Positions 12,327 through 26,423 of a stretch of 64,000 bases of DNA are shown in pieces. Under the pieces are notes generated by a model that was given only the letters and a program-made list of their open reading frames with translations, was not told where the DNA came from and made no database searches. This DNA is from Escherichia coli (GTDB lineage: Bacteria > Pseudomonadota > Gammaproteobacteria > Enterobacterales > Enterobacteriaceae): NCBI RefSeq assembly GCF_030013205.1, contig NZ_CP122648.1. The stretch is one strand, 5' to 3'. The stretch's first letter is position 1. Every line of letters begins with the position of its first letter. Both the position numbers and the translations under genes were made by a program.

Positions 12327-12380
12327 GATTGGCGTAAGGCCAGTCGGCCAGTCGCTGAAGGTTCATTAAGGAGAGCATCA

Positions 12381-13358
12381 ATGAAGCAGGATAAAAGACG
12401 CGGTCTGACCCGGATCGCATTGGCGCTGGCACTGGCAGGTTATTGTGTGGCACCTGTGGCACTGGCGGAAGAAAGCGCCTGGGTCGACAGCGGCGAAACC
12501 AATATTTTCCAGGGAACCATTCCGTGGCTCTATTCGGAAGGGGGAAGCGCTACGACAGATGCCGACCATGTAACGTTGACTTCTGATCTAAAAGGCGCTC
12601 GCCCGACAGGTAGTGAAACGGACAAGCGTCTTTACTCGGGTGATAAATTAACCGTAAGTTGGGAAATTGGTGATACCGAAGGCGACGTGGATCTTGGGGG
12701 ATTGGGCGATAACGCAAAGACTATCGATACTATCCGCTGGATGAGCTACAAGGACGCTCAGGGTAACGATCCAAAAGAGCTGGTAACGAAGGTGACCAGT
12801 TACACCCTTACCGATGCCGACCGTGGTCGTTATATCGGTATTGAAATTACGCCAACCACGCAGACCGGTACGCCAAACGTCGGGAATGCGCTGCATCTTT
12901 ATGACATTTCCACTGCCAGCGGCGGCGGAAGCGACAGCGACAACGTTGCGCCAGGGCCGGTGGTTAACCAGAACCTGAAAGTCGCCATCTTTGTTGATGG
13001 TACCAGTATCAACCTTATCAACGGCAGCACGCCAATCGAACTTGGCAAAACCTACGTGGCCAAACTGTACTCGGATGAGAACAAAAACGGCAAGTTTGAT
13101 GCGGGTACCGATGCTGACGTTACCGCCAATTATGACTTCCGTTGGGTACTTTCTGGCAGCAGCCAGCAGCTCGGCACCTCGGGTGGTATCGTTAACTCAA
13201 GCTTCGATAATAACAATCTGGTCATCCCTGCGACCAACGAAGACGCCAGAACCAACCTTAACGGCCCTGCGCGCGATGGTAAAGAAGCTCTTACCATCCC
13301 GACCAACGGCGACGGGGTACAGGGGTACAAACTTCACATTATTTACAAACACAAATAA
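12381..13358 (+). CDS. secreted SinI-like protein sharing domains with both neighbours
   Basis: Signal peptide ending VALA-EESAW; C-terminus (GVQGYKLHIIYKHK) parallels the SinH-like C-terminus (GLQGYGLRVLYTKK); N-terminus parallels the mature N-terminus of the downstream giant protein. Confidence 0.6.
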   Translation: MKQDKRRGLTRIALALALAGYCVAPVALAEESAWVDSGETNIFQGTIPWLYSEGGSATTDADHVTLTSDLKGARPTGSETDKRLYSGDKLTVSWEIGDTEGDVDLGGLGDNAKTIDTIRWMSYKDAQGNDPKELVTKVTSYTLTDADRGRYIGIEITPTTQTGTPNVGNALHLYDISTASGGGSDSDNVAPGPVVNQNLKVAIFVDGTSINLINGSTPIELGKTYVAKLYSDENKNGKFDAGTDADVTANYDFRWVLSGSSQQLGTSGGIVNSSFDNNNLVIPATNEDARTNLNGPARDGKEALTIPTNGDGVQGYKLHIIYKHK

Positions 13359-13478
13359 CGCGTACTCAGCAGCATTCCCGCAAGGGAATGCTGTTTCCGC
13401 ATATTTTGCTTAATCCCGGATTAAGCAAAATATGTTGATGCGACAAGCGTCCGTTTAACAACCGGTGGAGTTTCTGTC

Positions 13479-16400
13479 ATGTCCCTGACCCTGAATAAAA
13501 TCCTTGTGTTATGCGCATTGCTGATAAGCGCAATGCTGCCTGGGTGGTCATGGGCAGAATCTGCATGGCAAGACTCTTCAGATACGGTCGGCGAATTTAA
13601 CGGTACCGTGCCCACCGCCGACAGTGCCAGCATACCCGTCTACCAGGGCAGTGTCTTTCTGGATCCTGCAAAGACGCATGAGGTAGCGTTTACCGCTAAA
13701 CCGAGTGAATTCAGCGCGGATATTAGCGTCTCTAAATTGCTCGTCACCAATCCGCAAGACAGAGAAGGCGATATCATTTCCACCCCACGTTGGGAAAACC
13801 AAACGCCACCGACAGTATCTTTAGTTTGGGCGGATGCCGCGACGCCGGACACCTTACTGGACCCACAGCCAGTCGCAGATCGCTCGTTTTGCGCTCAGGG
13901 ACTTGCCGGGCGTTCGCTGGTCGCCTGGGCGCAGCCTGATCCCCAACAGACCATGCCGCTGTTATATTTACTCACCTCGACGGGCTATCCCTATGAAAGT
14001 GTTCTGACGCTCGCCGATCAGAAAGTGACGCTGAAGATTGCGCCCGCGCAGGGTGACCTTATTTCCGTCAGCGCCGCGGGCTATGACGAATCCTCCGGTG
14101 CGGCGAAAACGACGGTTGGCGGCAGTATCACGTTAACGGTCACCACCAAAGATTGCGTCGGTAATGTTGTGGGGAATATTCCTTTTGTTATCAAACGCAA
14201 AGATGCTGAAAACCGCCAGGGTGTGGTGAACAATACTGCGCCGGTAAAACTGGGCACGACCGAATTAACCACCACCGCGACGGAATATCGTGGTACTACC
14301 GATGCGAATGGTGTTGCCACGGTTACGGTCACCCAGGCCAACGGCCCTGGTGTAAAAACGCCGTTGGTCGCGAGCCTTGCGGGTATTGCTCAGGCCAGTG
14401 AAACGGCAGTGATCTTTACCGTCCTCACCAGCCCGGATGTCCCGCAGGCTACAATGTGGGGTCATATGCCCGATACGCTGAAGGCCCGTGATTACACTTT
14501 TAGTCGACCAAAACTGGCGGCGGAAGTCGATAATGAAGACGGTACGGTTAACGATCACAATGAAACCTGGTCCACCTTTACCTGGAGCGGCGCGGATAAA
14601 CATTGCGACATTTTGCCCGGAATGCGTCAGTTCGGTGCGCTGGCGACGGTGGTGCCAACGTCAGTGCAGGATGTGGCTGGTTGGCCGATGCAGGGTAATT
14701 TCTACTGGTCATCACTGGCGGGGATGAGTGGCCAGCACCATGCGGCGGATGTTTCGAACCGCAGCGAAGCGCAAAAACCGGACGATACGACGTTTATTGT
14801 GAGCTGTGTCGATAAAGAAGCGCCCGATGTTGAACCGAAGCTGGTACTGACGCCGGGCAGTTATGATTCGACGATAAAAGCGATGAAAGTAAAGGTGGGG
14901 GAAGAGGCTTCTTTACGCCTGACGATTACCGATAGCAAGAACAACGATCAGCCGCTGGCGTACTACTACTTTTCGCTGCATCTGGATGACGGCGTTAACC
15001 GTAAGAATCAAACTGACACCGCGTGGCAGGCGAATCCGGTACAAATAGCGGGCGGCAGTAATGTCCATCAGGTTGACGCGCATACCTATGAAGGGATCAC
15101 TGATGCTAACGGAGAGGCCTCTCTGACGCTGACCCAGCCAGGCGGTGTGGGGGTGAAAACTCACATCACCGCGAGAATGCGCAGCGATTTTACCGCCTCG
15201 GATGAGAAAGACGTTATTTTTACGGTGATCACCAGCCCTGATTCCGACAAAGCGCGGATGTGGGGACATATGTTGGGCATTATTGAAGCGAATAATATCT
15301 TTAAACGCCCACGGCTGGCGGATGAAACCGACAACGAACTGGGTGCAGTGCGGGAAAATAACGAAGACTGGGCGCTGTTTGATCAGAATAGCAGTATGCA
15401 GGCTGAGTGTGGTTTAGGTCATATTCCGAGCCAAAGCTCATTGCACAGTTTGTTTGCCGCACATCCAGCCAATGTCATCGGCACCGAATATGGCTGGCCA
15501 ACGTTGCAAAAAGCGTATCTTAGTGCGGTGGAAGAGACGTCGCACGCGTCGGTGAACCTGGCCACGGGCAACATCGACACCTATTCCGGCTTTAAGCAAA
15601 ACTACCTTTCTTGTTCGGGCAATGAGATGGTCGCCCAGATTGCTGCGACCACCGATCATGATGTTTCCACAAGCAGCAGAGCGCAGGCTAAAGTGGGTGA
15701 AACGATTACCATGACGGTACGCACCTTTAATGCCTTGAATAATGCGCCCGTGCCGTATACCGCGTTCACCATCACTAAAGATATGGGGAAAAATCGTCAG
15801 GGGCAGAGCACGGGTTTCGATGATCCAACCCGCGGCGCAATCGAGATGAATGGCACGCTCTACGGAACATCGCAACCGTCTTTAGTCTATGCAGGTACTA
15901 CGGATGCGCAGGGTTTTGCTACTGTGGAAATTAAGCAACCGCAAGGTGTGGGCTTAGCGACGCCGCTGAATATTGCGCCTGTAAACTCCTATATTCCCAA
16001 TACTGTTAATTACAATGTGATTTTCACTACGCTCACCAGTCCGGATGCGGTTGGCGCGCAGATGTGGGGGCATATGGATGAGACGATTACCGTCGATGCA
16101 TTAACCTTTGCCCGACCCCGGCTGGCTGCGGAAGTGTCCAGCCCGGACGGCACATTAACGGAAAATAACGAAGTGTGGTCGCGCGTTAGCCAGGCCAACA
16201 CTTCCAGCACCAGTAAAGGTGGCTGTGGTGCCAATATGCTCCCACGCCGTTCCCAGCTTAACGCGCTCTATGATGCTAACAGCGGTAACGCCGTTCAAAC
16301 GGTACACGGTTGGCCAACGCAGCGTCAGCCCTACTGGAGCAGTTCGCCCGCGGATCAGGTGCCGCATTACTACACCATAGCCCTCAACGATGGCGCGCGG

Positions 16401-19400
16401 ACCGTTGGCGGTAGCACGGCGGTTTATGTCAGTTGCCTGACGACGGCTAACAATCCTGCCAGCAGCATTACGCTGGAAGTGGTGGACCCGGCGCAGTGGA
16501 ACGCGGCAGCAAATGCGGCGAAGCTGAAAAAAGGCGAAACGCTACAGGTGAAGGTGACGGTAAAAGATGCTCAGGGCAATCCATTGGGTGATATGCCTTT
16601 TACGCTGAAGCGTGGCGATGGTTATACCCGATCAAACGAAAAACACATTGCCGGTAGCGGTGATGCGCTGGTTGCGCCGGTTGTGATCAATAGTGGCCTG
16701 GCGGATGAAACTTCGCTCAATGATACCGCCGCAGCATACAGCGCGATGACCGGTAGCGATGGCACTAAAATTCTCACTATTACCCGCCCGGATACCCATG
16801 GCACAAAAACGTCGCTGACCGCCGCGCTCTATTCAGACACAACGAAAAAAGCGACCCTCGATACCATTTTTACCGTTGTCACCAGCCCAGACAGCAATAA
16901 AGCGAAAATGTGGGGGCATATGCCGGAAACGGTGACGGCTGCGGATGGAACGGTCTTTAAACGCCCATTATTGTTGAAAGAGTTATCCAGTACGTCGGGT
17001 CGAACAGCGATTGCAGAAGATAATGAGGACTGGGCGCAATTTACCCAAACTCAGGCGACAAGCACATCCTCTAATGGTTGTGGTAGTGAATATGTTCCCT
17101 CTCAGGCCGGGCTGGAGTCATTGTATGAAGCCAACCGCGGCAATGCGATGAAAACGGTTCAGGGCTGGCCCGTCGCCTCAAGTTACCTTACCAGCACGAC
17201 AGGCAGCAGTAGTCTGGAACAGCGTGACTTAAAGGCCGTCAATCTCAGTTCAGGCACCAGTTCGATAATTCCATCGGCCACAAAAGAACTGCTTACCTGC
17301 CAGACGACGCCGATCGTCAAGGCTAGCCAAATCGTTCTTGAGGCTGCGGACCCCACAAAATTTGACAGTACGAATAATGTTGTCAAAGCGAAAAAAGGGG
17401 AAGAAGTCGTGGTTCGCGTGACCACTAAAGATTCGCAGGGTAACCCGGTGGGAAATACCGCGTTTACGCTTAAACGTAACCTTAGCGTCAATCGGGCAAA
17501 TGCGTCTACAACGGTGACAGCAGGCGCGCTCATCGTGACGGATGCCTGGGGTAACACGCAGAGTAATTTTTCCTCAACAACAGCACTGATTTATGGCGTT
17601 ACCGGCGCAGATGGTACGACAACACTTGCACTGAAACAGGACAATACCACGGGTTTAAAAACCGAACTGACCGCCATGCTGGATACAGATAATAACGTAA
17701 AATCAATGCTTCCGGTGGTCTTTACGGTGATAACCAGCCCCGATACCCCTAAAGCAAAATTCTGGGGGCATATGGCCGAAACGATGACCGGTGCAGGCGG
17801 GCTTATTTATAAAAGACCGTTATTGCAAGATGAGCTTTCCGTTACAACCAGTCGAAGCTCTTTTCAGGAAGATGGAGAGAGCTGGTCACTGTTCTCGCCG
17901 GACCAGTCGAACAACACATCTGTAAATGGTTGCGGTGCAGGATATGTCCCGATTGAAAGTGAGCTGGAGTCACTGTATGCCGATGAAGGTTACGTGCCAA
18001 TACATGACGTTACGGGATGGCCTGTATCACGCGCCTATATCTCCAGTACGGTTGTTGCCTATTACACTCAAACATTTAATTTTAAAGCGGTTTCGTTAAA
18101 AACGGGTGATGGAACGGAGGTCATGTCAAGCAGTCTAGGACTGCTAAGTTGTCGGGCTACCCCAGTGGCGGTGACCAGCCACATTATTGTTGAAGCGAAC
18201 GATGCGACACAATTTGTCAAAGTTGACGAAACCCTCAGCGCACTAAAACGGAAAAAAGGTGACGACGCGGTGATTCGCGTGGTGACAAAAGATGCGCAGG
18301 GAAATGTCGTACCAAATGTTCCGTTTATTCTCAAACGTGAAGGATCGACAAATCGCCAGAATGTACAGTTGTCGAACAGAACTATCACTGTAATCAACGC
18401 TGCGGGAACGTCGGCAAGAGTGGATACTCCATCAATCTCCCTTTATGCGGTGACAGGTGCAGACGGGACAGCCACGTTTACGGTAAAGCAGGATGATTCT
18501 ATAGGCCTGGTAACCAATGTGTACGCTCAGGCCTATCAGTCGAGCCTGGAATCCAACAAATTACCCGTGATGTTTACCGTGATAACCAGCCCGGATACCC
18601 CCCTGGCAAGTTACTGGGGGCATATGGCGGAAACGTTCACTACGCGTTCTGGTACTGCCTTCAAACGCCCCTTACTCTCTGCTGAAAGATCGTCGGGCCA
18701 GTCGTTTATAGAAGACAATGAAGAGTGGGCCGTGTTGAGATCGGCAACAAAGGGGGATATCGATAAAAGCGGGTGCGATGTACATTATCAACCACTGTTA
18801 AGCGAACTACAGGCATTGTACGACGAACACCCAAGTCGTGCGATAAAGACCGATCTGGGTATTCCGGTAAATAGCTACTGGTGGGCTTACGACATGGTGG
18901 CATATGCGGGTAACTGGTACGATCAATATATTTATCTGTTAAATGGATCAAGTGGAAGAGCGTCTTCAACCACCTCGGCATTAATGCTGTGCCTGGTAAA
19001 CCCTCATCCAGAGGCGGCTTCTATTGAAATGACCTCAACGGCGGAGGATGCAACGAAAACGGCCAGCAATGATGGCAGGCCCAGCGCAACAGCGAAGAAG
19101 GGAGAGGTTATCCCGATGACTGTTACGGTGCGAGATAGCGCAGGCAATCCACTGCCAGGTGCCAGCTTTAACCTTAAACGAGGAACTGCGCTGAACCGCG
19201 CTAAAGCTGCGTACGATGCCTCTGCAGATGATCTTACCATCATACCTGTGGAACCTACTGGGGTAACGTCAATCTTGTATGGGGATGGGACGCAGGCTCT
19301 TCTGAAGACAGGGAGCGATGGTAAAGCTACGTTTGAGGTCAGCCAGAATAGCAGTTATGGGCTGTCAACGCCGCTCAGCGCAGAACTCATGCGCGATACC

Positions 19401-21521
19401 TCGAAAAGCGTCACGCTGGATGTCATTTTCACGGTGATAACCAGCCCGGATTCGCCAAAAGCGAAATACTGGGGCCATATGCCGGAAACGTTTACCAGTT
19501 CGGCAGGCGTGACCTTCAAGCGCCCATTACTGGCAGCGGAAGCGACTACGGGGAGCTCGGTAAACGGTAATAATGAGACATGGTCATATATATATAGTAC
19601 TCAAAAAGCGACGGCAGATTGTTCGCTGGAATATCAACCGCGCCTCAGCGAATTGCAGGGGTTATATGACGATCACCCAAACGGGGCGTTAACGAAAGAT
19701 CTGGGGTTGCCGATAGCGTCAGGAAACTGGTGGATTTATGAATTGCTTAACTCCAATGGTAGCTCCTGGTATTATCAGGTCTTTAACCTAAGTACGGGAC
19801 GAGTATCATCCGCACTCTCTCCGGTTGCTCTAATGCTCTGCCTGGCACAGCCTCACTCTAAGCCGTCAAGCGTTACCCTGACTTCAATAGCATTTGATGA
19901 GACGAGAACCGCAAGTAACGGCGGCACACCTTCGGCATCGGCGAAAAAGGGCGAGACAATCCCGTTAGTCGTGACAGTAAAAGACCAAAATGGCAACCTG
20001 GTGAGTGGTGAGGGCGTGACGCTTCAGCGGGCGCAGGCGAAAAGTCGTTCAGGAATTAGGCCCTCATCGTTGGCAGATGATCTTATTGTAGATGTTGTCA
20101 CACCGACAGCAACCCGTATTTCTTTTGCTCAGGATACGGCAAAATGGCTTGGTTTTACCGGCAGTGATGGCACAGTGACGTTCAATGTTACGCAAAACGC
20201 CACCACCGGCCTGGCAACGCCGTTTACGGTCTCGCTTGCACAAGATCCGCAGATCACGTCAAACTTGGACCTGATATTTACCGTGGTCACCAGCCCTGAC
20301 GCCCAGGATGCCGACTACTGGGGTCATATGCCAGAAACGGTGACAGCGGCAAATGGAACCGTCTTTGAACGACCGAAATTGTGGAAGGAGCTGCCATCGA
20401 CCTCCGGGGTAAATAAAACCAATAACAATAATGAGGACTGGCCCTATTTTTCGTCAACCACTAAAGCAAATGCCAGCCTCAGCCCTTGTGAGGAAGCCCG
20501 GCAACCGTTGCTCAGCGATATGAAGTCACTGTATCAACGTTATCCCAATAACACCCTTACGACGGAAACTGGCTGGTCAGTTTATTATTACTGGTGGGCG
20601 CAGGATAAGACTACAGATGGTAAAAATCAGTCGCTCAATATGAAAGATGGCACAACGACATTGAATGGTAATGCCGCTTATCAGGCGTGTCTGGTGTCTG
20701 CGCGCGCGACGGTTTCCAGCGTCACACTGACCTCAACAGCGTTTGATGCTGACAGCCAGGCGGCGAAAGTGAAAAAAGGCGAAGCCATGCCCGTTACCGT
20801 GACGGTGAAAGACAGCGCCGGGAATACGGTACCGAATGTGGAATTTACTTTGAAACGTGGCGATGCATCGCCGCGTAACGCTGGGGCGACGTTGTATGGT
20901 GATGTGGTGGCGATGGACGATCTCATCGTTCAGCCGTTATCTGGTTCGGCTGTTACGCTGAGTGAAAGCGGTAATACCATTAGTGGCATGACAGGCGCGG
21001 ATGGGACGGCAAGTTTTACGCTCCGCCAGGATAATACCCCTGGTTATAAAACGCCACTGACGGTTACTCTGGCTAATTACGCTTCCGCGACAGACACGCT
21101 GGACGCTATTTTTACGGTACCAACCAGCCCGAATGTTTCCTCGGCGCACTTTTGGGGACATATGGCAGACACTGTAGTGGTGAATGGTAAATCGCTACAT
21201 CGACCGTTGTTAACGACAGAATTGCCGTCCGGGGCTAATCCCGTATCCTCACCGATTATTAACTACGAAAACTGGGCTTCTGCACATATCATTGATGCCA
21301 GTAAATGGGATATTGCAAGGCAGTGTGGCAGCATAGAAAATGCACCGACATACAATGAATTAGAGTTGTTGCACACTGTTTTTAATTCACTGGGATGGCC
21401 GTCTTCACCAAGTTTTCCTTATTTGTCCTCTCAACAGTGTGGGATGGACGAAGGCACTGGAGCACAGGATTGTAGTATCACGCTAATGAATAAACCGGGT
21501 CTGGTGACCTGCTTCCAGTAA
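13479..21521 (+). CDS. giant RatA/RatB-like secreted repeat protein (9 tandem ~290-aa repeats)
   Basis: 2680-aa ORF with signal peptide; nine repeats each marked by IFTV(I/V)TSPD..(K/A)..WGHM; repeat-internal opposite-strand ORFs are artefacts. Confidence 0.7.
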   Translation: MSLTLNKILVLCALLISAMLPGWSWAESAWQDSSDTVGEFNGTVPTADSASIPVYQGSVFLDPAKTHEVAFTAKPSEFSADISVSKLLVTNPQDREGDIISTPRWENQTPPTVSLVWADAATPDTLLDPQPVADRSFCAQGLAGRSLVAWAQPDPQQTMPLLYLLTSTGYPYESVLTLADQKVTLKIAPAQGDLISVSAAGYDESSGAAKTTVGGSITLTVTTKDCVGNVVGNIPFVIKRKDAENRQGVVNNTAPVKLGTTELTTTATEYRGTTDANGVATVTVTQANGPGVKTPLVASLAGIAQASETAVIFTVLTSPDVPQATMWGHMPDTLKARDYTFSRPKLAAEVDNEDGTVNDHNETWSTFTWSGADKHCDILPGMRQFGALATVVPTSVQDVAGWPMQGNFYWSSLAGMSGQHHAADVSNRSEAQKPDDTTFIVSCVDKEAPDVEPKLVLTPGSYDSTIKAMKVKVGEEASLRLTITDSKNNDQPLAYYYFSLHLDDGVNRKNQTDTAWQANPVQIAGGSNVHQVDAHTYEGITDANGEASLTLTQPGGVGVKTHITARMRSDFTASDEKDVIFTVITSPDSDKARMWGHMLGIIEANNIFKRPRLADETDNELGAVRENNEDWALFDQNSSMQAECGLGHIPSQSSLHSLFAAHPANVIGTEYGWPTLQKAYLSAVEETSHASVNLATGNIDTYSGFKQNYLSCSGNEMVAQIAATTDHDVSTSSRAQAKVGETITMTVRTFNALNNAPVPYTAFTITKDMGKNRQGQSTGFDDPTRGAIEMNGTLYGTSQPSLVYAGTTDAQGFATVEIKQPQGVGLATPLNIAPVNSYIPNTVNYNVIFTTLTSPDAVGAQMWGHMDETITVDALTFARPRLAAEVSSPDGTLTENNEVWSRVSQANTSSTSKGGCGANMLPRRSQLNALYDANSGNAVQTVHGWPTQRQPYWSSSPADQVPHYYTIALNDGARTVGGSTAVYVSCLTTANNPASSITLEVVDPAQWNAAANAAKLKKGETLQVKVTVKDAQGNPLGDMPFTLKRGDGYTRSNEKHIAGSGDALVAPVVINSGLADETSLNDTAAAYSAMTGSDGTKILTITRPDTHGTKTSLTAALYSDTTKKATLDTIFTVVTSPDSNKAKMWGHMPETVTAADGTVFKRPLLLKELSSTSGRTAIAEDNEDWAQFTQTQATSTSSNGCGSEYVPSQAGLESLYEANRGNAMKTVQGWPVASSYLTSTTGSSSLEQRDLKAVNLSSGTSSIIPSATKELLTCQTTPIVKASQIVLEAADPTKFDSTNNVVKAKKGEEVVVRVTTKDSQGNPVGNTAFTLKRNLSVNRANASTTVTAGALIVTDAWGNTQSNFSSTTALIYGVTGADGTTTLALKQDNTTGLKTELTAMLDTDNNVKSMLPVVFTVITSPDTPKAKFWGHMAETMTGAGGLIYKRPLLQDELSVTTSRSSFQEDGESWSLFSPDQSNNTSVNGCGAGYVPIESELESLYADEGYVPIHDVTGWPVSRAYISSTVVAYYTQTFNFKAVSLKTGDGTEVMSSSLGLLSCRATPVAVTSHIIVEANDATQFVKVDETLSALKRKKGDDAVIRVVTKDAQGNVVPNVPFILKREGSTNRQNVQLSNRTITVINAAGTSARVDTPSISLYAVTGADGTATFTVKQDDSIGLVTNVYAQAYQSSLESNKLPVMFTVITSPDTPLASYWGHMAETFTTRSGTAFKRPLLSAERSSGQSFIEDNEEWAVLRSATKGDIDKSGCDVHYQPLLSELQALYDEHPSRAIKTDLGIPVNSYWWAYDMVAYAGNWYDQYIYLLNGSSGRASSTTSALMLCLVNPHPEAASIEMTSTAEDATKTASNDGRPSATAKKGEVIPMTVTVRDSAGNPLPGASFNLKRGTALNRAKAAYDASADDLTIIPVEPTGVTSILYGDGTQALLKTGSDGKATFEVSQNSSYGLSTPLSAELMRDTSKSVTLDVIFTVITSPDSPKAKYWGHMPETFTSSAGVTFKRPLLAAEATTGSSVNGNNETWSYIYSTQKATADCSLEYQPRLSELQGLYDDHPNGALTKDLGLPIASGNWWIYELLNSNGSSWYYQVFNLSTGRVSSALSPVALMLCLAQPHSKPSSVTLTSIAFDETRTASNGGTPSASAKKGETIPLVVTVKDQNGNLVSGEGVTLQRAQAKSRSGIRPSSLADDLIVDVVTPTATRISFAQDTAKWLGFTGSDGTVTFNVTQNATTGLATPFTVSLAQDPQITSNLDLIFTVVTSPDAQDADYWGHMPETVTAANGTVFERPKLWKELPSTSGVNKTNNNNEDWPYFSSTTKANASLSPCEEARQPLLSDMKSLYQRYPNNTLTTETGWSVYYYWWAQDKTTDGKNQSLNMKDGTTTLNGNAAYQACLVSARATVSSVTLTSTAFDADSQAAKVKKGEAMPVTVTVKDSAGNTVPNVEFTLKRGDASPRNAGATLYGDVVAMDDLIVQPLSGSAVTLSESGNTISGMTGADGTASFTLRQDNTPGYKTPLTVTLANYASATDTLDAIFTVPTSPNVSSAHFWGHMADTVVVNGKSLHRPLLTTELPSGANPVSSPIINYENWASAHIIDASKWDIARQCGSIENAPTYNELELLHTVFNSLGWPSSPSFPYLSSQQCGMDEGTGAQDCSITLMNKPGLVTCFQ

Positions 21522-21526
21522 CCAGC

Positions 21527-21580
21527 ATGGCGCATCTGGCGTGGCCTGGGAGCCAGTGCCGGATGCGATGCTGGCGCATC
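21527..21580. repeat. REP-like extragenic palindrome between the giant adhesin gene and xseA
   Basis: Sequence gccggatgcgatgctggcgcatcttat resembles E. coli REP units. Confidence 0.4.
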
Positions 21581-23118
<1,538 letters not shown>

Positions 23119-24585
23119 ATGCTACGTATCGCTAAAGAAGCTCTGACGTTTGACGACGTTCTCCTCGTTCCTGCTCATTCTACCGTTCTGCCGAATACTG
23201 CTGACCTCAGCACCCAGCTGACGAAAACTATTCGTCTGAATATCCCTATGCTTTCCGCAGCAATGGATACCGTAACGGAAGCGCGCCTGGCTATTGCTCT
23301 GGCTCAGGAAGGCGGTATCGGCTTTATCCACAAAAATATGTCCATTGAACGCCAGGCGGAAGAAGTTCGCCGTGTGAAAAAACACGAATCTGGCGTGGTG
23401 ACTGACCCGCAGACTGTTCTGCCAACCACGACGCTGCGCGAAGTGAAAGAACTGACCGAGCGTAACGGCTTTGCGGGCTACCCGGTCGTTACCGAAGAAA
23501 ACGAACTGGTGGGTATTATCACCGGTCGTGACGTACGTTTTGTTACCGACCTGAGCCAGCCGGTTAGCGTTTACATGACGCCGAAAGAACGTCTGGTCAC
23601 CGTGCGTGAAGGTGAAGCCCGTGAAGTTGTGCTGGCAAAAATGCACGAAAAACGCGTTGAAAAAGCGCTGGTGGTTGATGACGAATTCCACCTGATCGGC
23701 ATGATCACCGTGAAAGATTTCCAGAAAGCAGAACGTAAACCGAACGCCTGTAAAGACGAGCAAGGCCGTCTGCGTGTTGGTGCAGCGGTTGGCGCGGGTG
23801 CGGGTAACGAAGAGCGTGTTGACGCGCTGGTTGCCGCAGGCGTTGACGTTCTGCTGATCGACTCCTCTCACGGTCACTCTGAAGGCGTTCTGCAGCGTAT
23901 CCGTGAAACTCGTGCTAAATATCCGGATCTGCAAATCATCGGCGGCAACGTGGCAACAGCTGCGGGGGCACGCGCTCTGGCAGAAGCTGGTTGCAGCGCG
24001 GTTAAAGTCGGCATTGGCCCTGGCTCTATCTGTACGACTCGTATCGTGACTGGCGTAGGTGTTCCGCAGATCACCGCCGTTGCTGACGCCGTAGAAGCCC
24101 TGGAAGGCACCGGTATTCCGGTTATCGCTGACGGTGGTATCCGTTTCTCAGGCGATATCGCCAAAGCTATCGCCGCAGGTGCAAGCGCGGTAATGGTGGG
24201 TTCCATGCTGGCGGGTACTGAAGAATCTCCGGGTGAAATCGAACTCTACCAGGGCCGTTCTTACAAATCTTACCGTGGGATGGGCTCTCTGGGTGCGATG
24301 TCCAAAGGTTCTTCTGACCGTTACTTCCAGAGCGACAACGCTGCCGACAAACTGGTGCCGGAAGGTATCGAAGGTCGCGTGGCCTATAAAGGTCGCCTGA
24401 AAGAGATCATTCACCAGCAGATGGGCGGCCTGCGCTCCTGTATGGGCCTGACCGGCTGTGGTACTATCGACGAACTGCGTACTAAAGCGGAGTTTGTACG
24501 TATCAGCGGTGCGGGCATTCAGGAAAGCCACGTTCACGACGTGACCATTACTAAAGAGTCCCCGAACTACCGTCTGGGCTCCTGA
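23119..24585 (+). CDS. guaB: IMP dehydrogenase
   Basis: Start chosen at [19 protein letters not shown] (23119), giving 488 aa; CBS pair and catalytic loop [11 protein letters not shown] present. Confidence 0.95.
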   Translation: MLRIAKEALTFDDVLLVPAHSTVLPNTADLSTQLTKTIRLNIPMLSAAMDTVTEARLAIALAQEGGIGFIHKNMSIERQAEEVRRVKKHESGVVTDPQTVLPTTTLREVKELTERNGFAGYPVVTEENELVGIITGRDVRFVTDLSQPVSVYMTPKERLVTVREGEAREVVLAKMHEKRVEKALVVDDEFHLIGMITVKDFQKAERKPNACKDEQGRLRVGAAVGAGAGNEERVDALVAAGVDVLLIDSSHGHSEGVLQRIRETRAKYPDLQIIGGNVATAAGARALAEAGCSAVKVGIGPGSICTTRIVTGVGVPQITAVADAVEALEGTGIPVIADGGIRFSGDIAKAIAAGASAVMVGSMLAGTEESPGEIELYQGRSYKSYRGMGSLGAMSKGSSDRYFQSDNAADKLVPEGIEGRVAYKGRLKEIIHQQMGGLRSCMGLTGCGTIDELRTKAEFVRISGAGIQESHVHDVTITKESPNYRLGS

Positions 24586-24653
24586 TTCTCTTCGCCCGAC
24601 TTCATGTCGGGCGATTTATATTATCTGTTTCACTTGCCTCGGAATAAGCGTCA

Positions 24654-26231
24654 ATGACGGAAAACATTCATAAGCATCGCATCCTCATTCTGGACTTCGG
24701 TTCTCAGTACACTCAACTGGTTGCGCGCCGCGTGCGTGAACTGGGTGTTTACTGCGAACTGTGGGCGTGGGATGTGACAGAAGCACAAATTCGTGACTTC
24801 AACCCAAGCGGCATTATTCTTTCCGGCGGCCCGGAAAGCACCACCGAAGAAAACAGCCCGCGTGCGCCGCAGTATGTCTTTGAAGCAGGCGTACCGGTAT
24901 TCGGCGTTTGCTATGGCATGCAGACCATGGCAATGCAGTTGGGCGGTCACGTTGAAGCCTCTAACGAACGTGAATTTGGCTACGCGCAGGTTGAAGTCGT
25001 AAACGACAGCGCACTGGTTCGCGGTATCGAAGATGCGCTGACTGCAGACGGTAAACCGCTGCTCGATGTCTGGATGAGCCACGGCGATAAAGTTACCGCT
25101 ATCCCGTCCGACTTCGTCACCGTAGCCAGCACCGAAAGCTGCCCGTTTGCCATTATGGCTAACGAAGAAAAACGCTTCTATGGTGTACAGTTCCATCCGG
25201 AAGTGACTCACACCCGCCAGGGTATGCGCATGCTGGAGCGTTTTGTGCGTGATATCTGCCAGTGTGAAGCCCTGTGGACGCCAGCGAAAATTATCGACGA
25301 CGCCGTAGCTCGCATCCGCGAGCAGGTAGGCGACGATAAAGTGATCCTCGGCCTCTCTGGTGGCGTGGATTCCTCCGTAACCGCAATGCTGCTGCACCGC
25401 GCTATCGGTAAAAACCTGACTTGCGTATTCGTCGACAACGGCCTGCTGCGTCTCAACGAAGCAGAGCAGGTTCTGGATATGTTTGGCGATCACTTTGGTC
25501 TCAATATTGTTCACGTTCCGGCAGAAGATCGCTTCCTGTCAGCGCTGGCTGGCGAAAACGATCCGGAAGCAAAACGTAAAATCATCGGGCGCGTTTTCGT
25601 TGAAGTATTCGATGAAGAAGCGCTGAAACTGGAAGACGTGAAGTGGCTGGCGCAGGGTACTATCTACCCTGACGTTATCGAATCTGCGGCGTCTGCAACC
25701 GGTAAAGCACACGTCATCAAATCTCACCACAACGTGGGCGGCCTGCCGAAAGAGATGAAGATGGGCCTGGTTGAACCGCTGAAAGAGCTGTTCAAAGACG
25801 AAGTGCGTAAGATTGGTCTGGAGCTGGGCCTGCCGTACGACATGCTGTACCGTCATCCGTTCCCGGGACCAGGCCTTGGCGTTCGTGTTCTGGGTGAAGT
25901 GAAGAAAGAGTACTGTGACCTGCTGCGCCGCGCTGACGCCATCTTCATTGAAGAACTGCGTAAAGCGGACCTGTACGACAAAGTCAGCCAGGCGTTCACC
26001 GTCTTCCTGCCAGTACGTTCCGTTGGCGTAATGGGCGATGGTCGTAAGTATGACTGGGTTGTCTCTCTGCGTGCTGTCGAAACCATCGACTTTATGACCG
26101 CACACTGGGCGCATCTGCCGTACGATTTCCTCGGTCGCGTTTCCAACCGCATTATCAATGAAGTGAACGGTATTTCCCGCGTGGTGTATGACATCAGCGG
26201 CAAGCCGCCAGCTACCATTGAGTGGGAATGA
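24654..26231 (+). CDS. guaA: GMP synthase (glutamine-hydrolysing)
   Basis: 525-aa ORF with GATase cysteine (GVCYGMQ) and PP-loop SGGVDSSV; ends ...ATIEWE. Confidence 0.95.
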   Translation: MTENIHKHRILILDFGSQYTQLVARRVRELGVYCELWAWDVTEAQIRDFNPSGIILSGGPESTTEENSPRAPQYVFEAGVPVFGVCYGMQTMAMQLGGHVEASNEREFGYAQVEVVNDSALVRGIEDALTADGKPLLDVWMSHGDKVTAIPSDFVTVASTESCPFAIMANEEKRFYGVQFHPEVTHTRQGMRMLERFVRDICQCEALWTPAKIIDDAVARIREQVGDDKVILGLSGGVDSSVTAMLLHRAIGKNLTCVFVDNGLLRLNEAEQVLDMFGDHFGLNIVHVPAEDRFLSALAGENDPEAKRKIIGRVFVEVFDEEALKLEDVKWLAQGTIYPDVIESAASATGKAHVIKSHHNVGGLPKEMKMGLVEPLKELFKDEVRKIGLELGLPYDMLYRHPFPGPGLGVRVLGEVKKEYCDLLRRADAIFIEELRKADLYDKVSQAFTVFLPVRSVGVMGDGRKYDWVVSLRAVETIDFMTAHWAHLPYDFLGRVSNRIINEVNGISRVVYDISGKPPATIEWE

Positions 26232-26233
26232 TT
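26217..26233. repeat. attL core (overlaps guaA stop codon)
   Basis: Exact 17-bp match to 55362-55378. Confidence 0.8.
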
Positions 26234-26277
26234 AACAGCTAACTCATAGCAAATCATTCCTATTCAGATGCCAACTC

Positions 26278-26310
26278 AACCCTCTGTTTTTGCAGAGGGT
26301 TTTTGTTTTT
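26278..26310 (+). terminator. phage-supplied terminator replacing the native guaA terminator
   Basis: Stem ccctctg/cagaggg plus T-run; near-copy of the hairpin at 55403-55434. Confidence 0.55.
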
Positions 26311-26423
26311 ATGTATTCATTTCTATTCACTCTACACCATATTTTTCGGCGGTACAGGTGACGGTATTACCTTAAAGGTATACTCTCATACCGTCATGAA
26401 AATGGTTTCTATACGGGTGAATT

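Noticed and set aside
13479-21521. Many minus-strand ORFs (60-145 aa) inside the giant adhesin gene
   Set aside because: They lie entirely within a long, periodic plus-strand ORF with signal peptide and repeat structure; treated as frame artefacts.
23122-25514. Long antisense ORFs within guaB and guaA (270 aa, 287 aa, 129 aa)
   Set aside because: They overlap well-supported conserved genes and show no start context or motifs.
26232-26423. Possible tRNA gene as the prophage integration target
   Set aside because: No cloverleaf-compatible sequence between guaA and int; the att core lies in the guaA 3' end instead.
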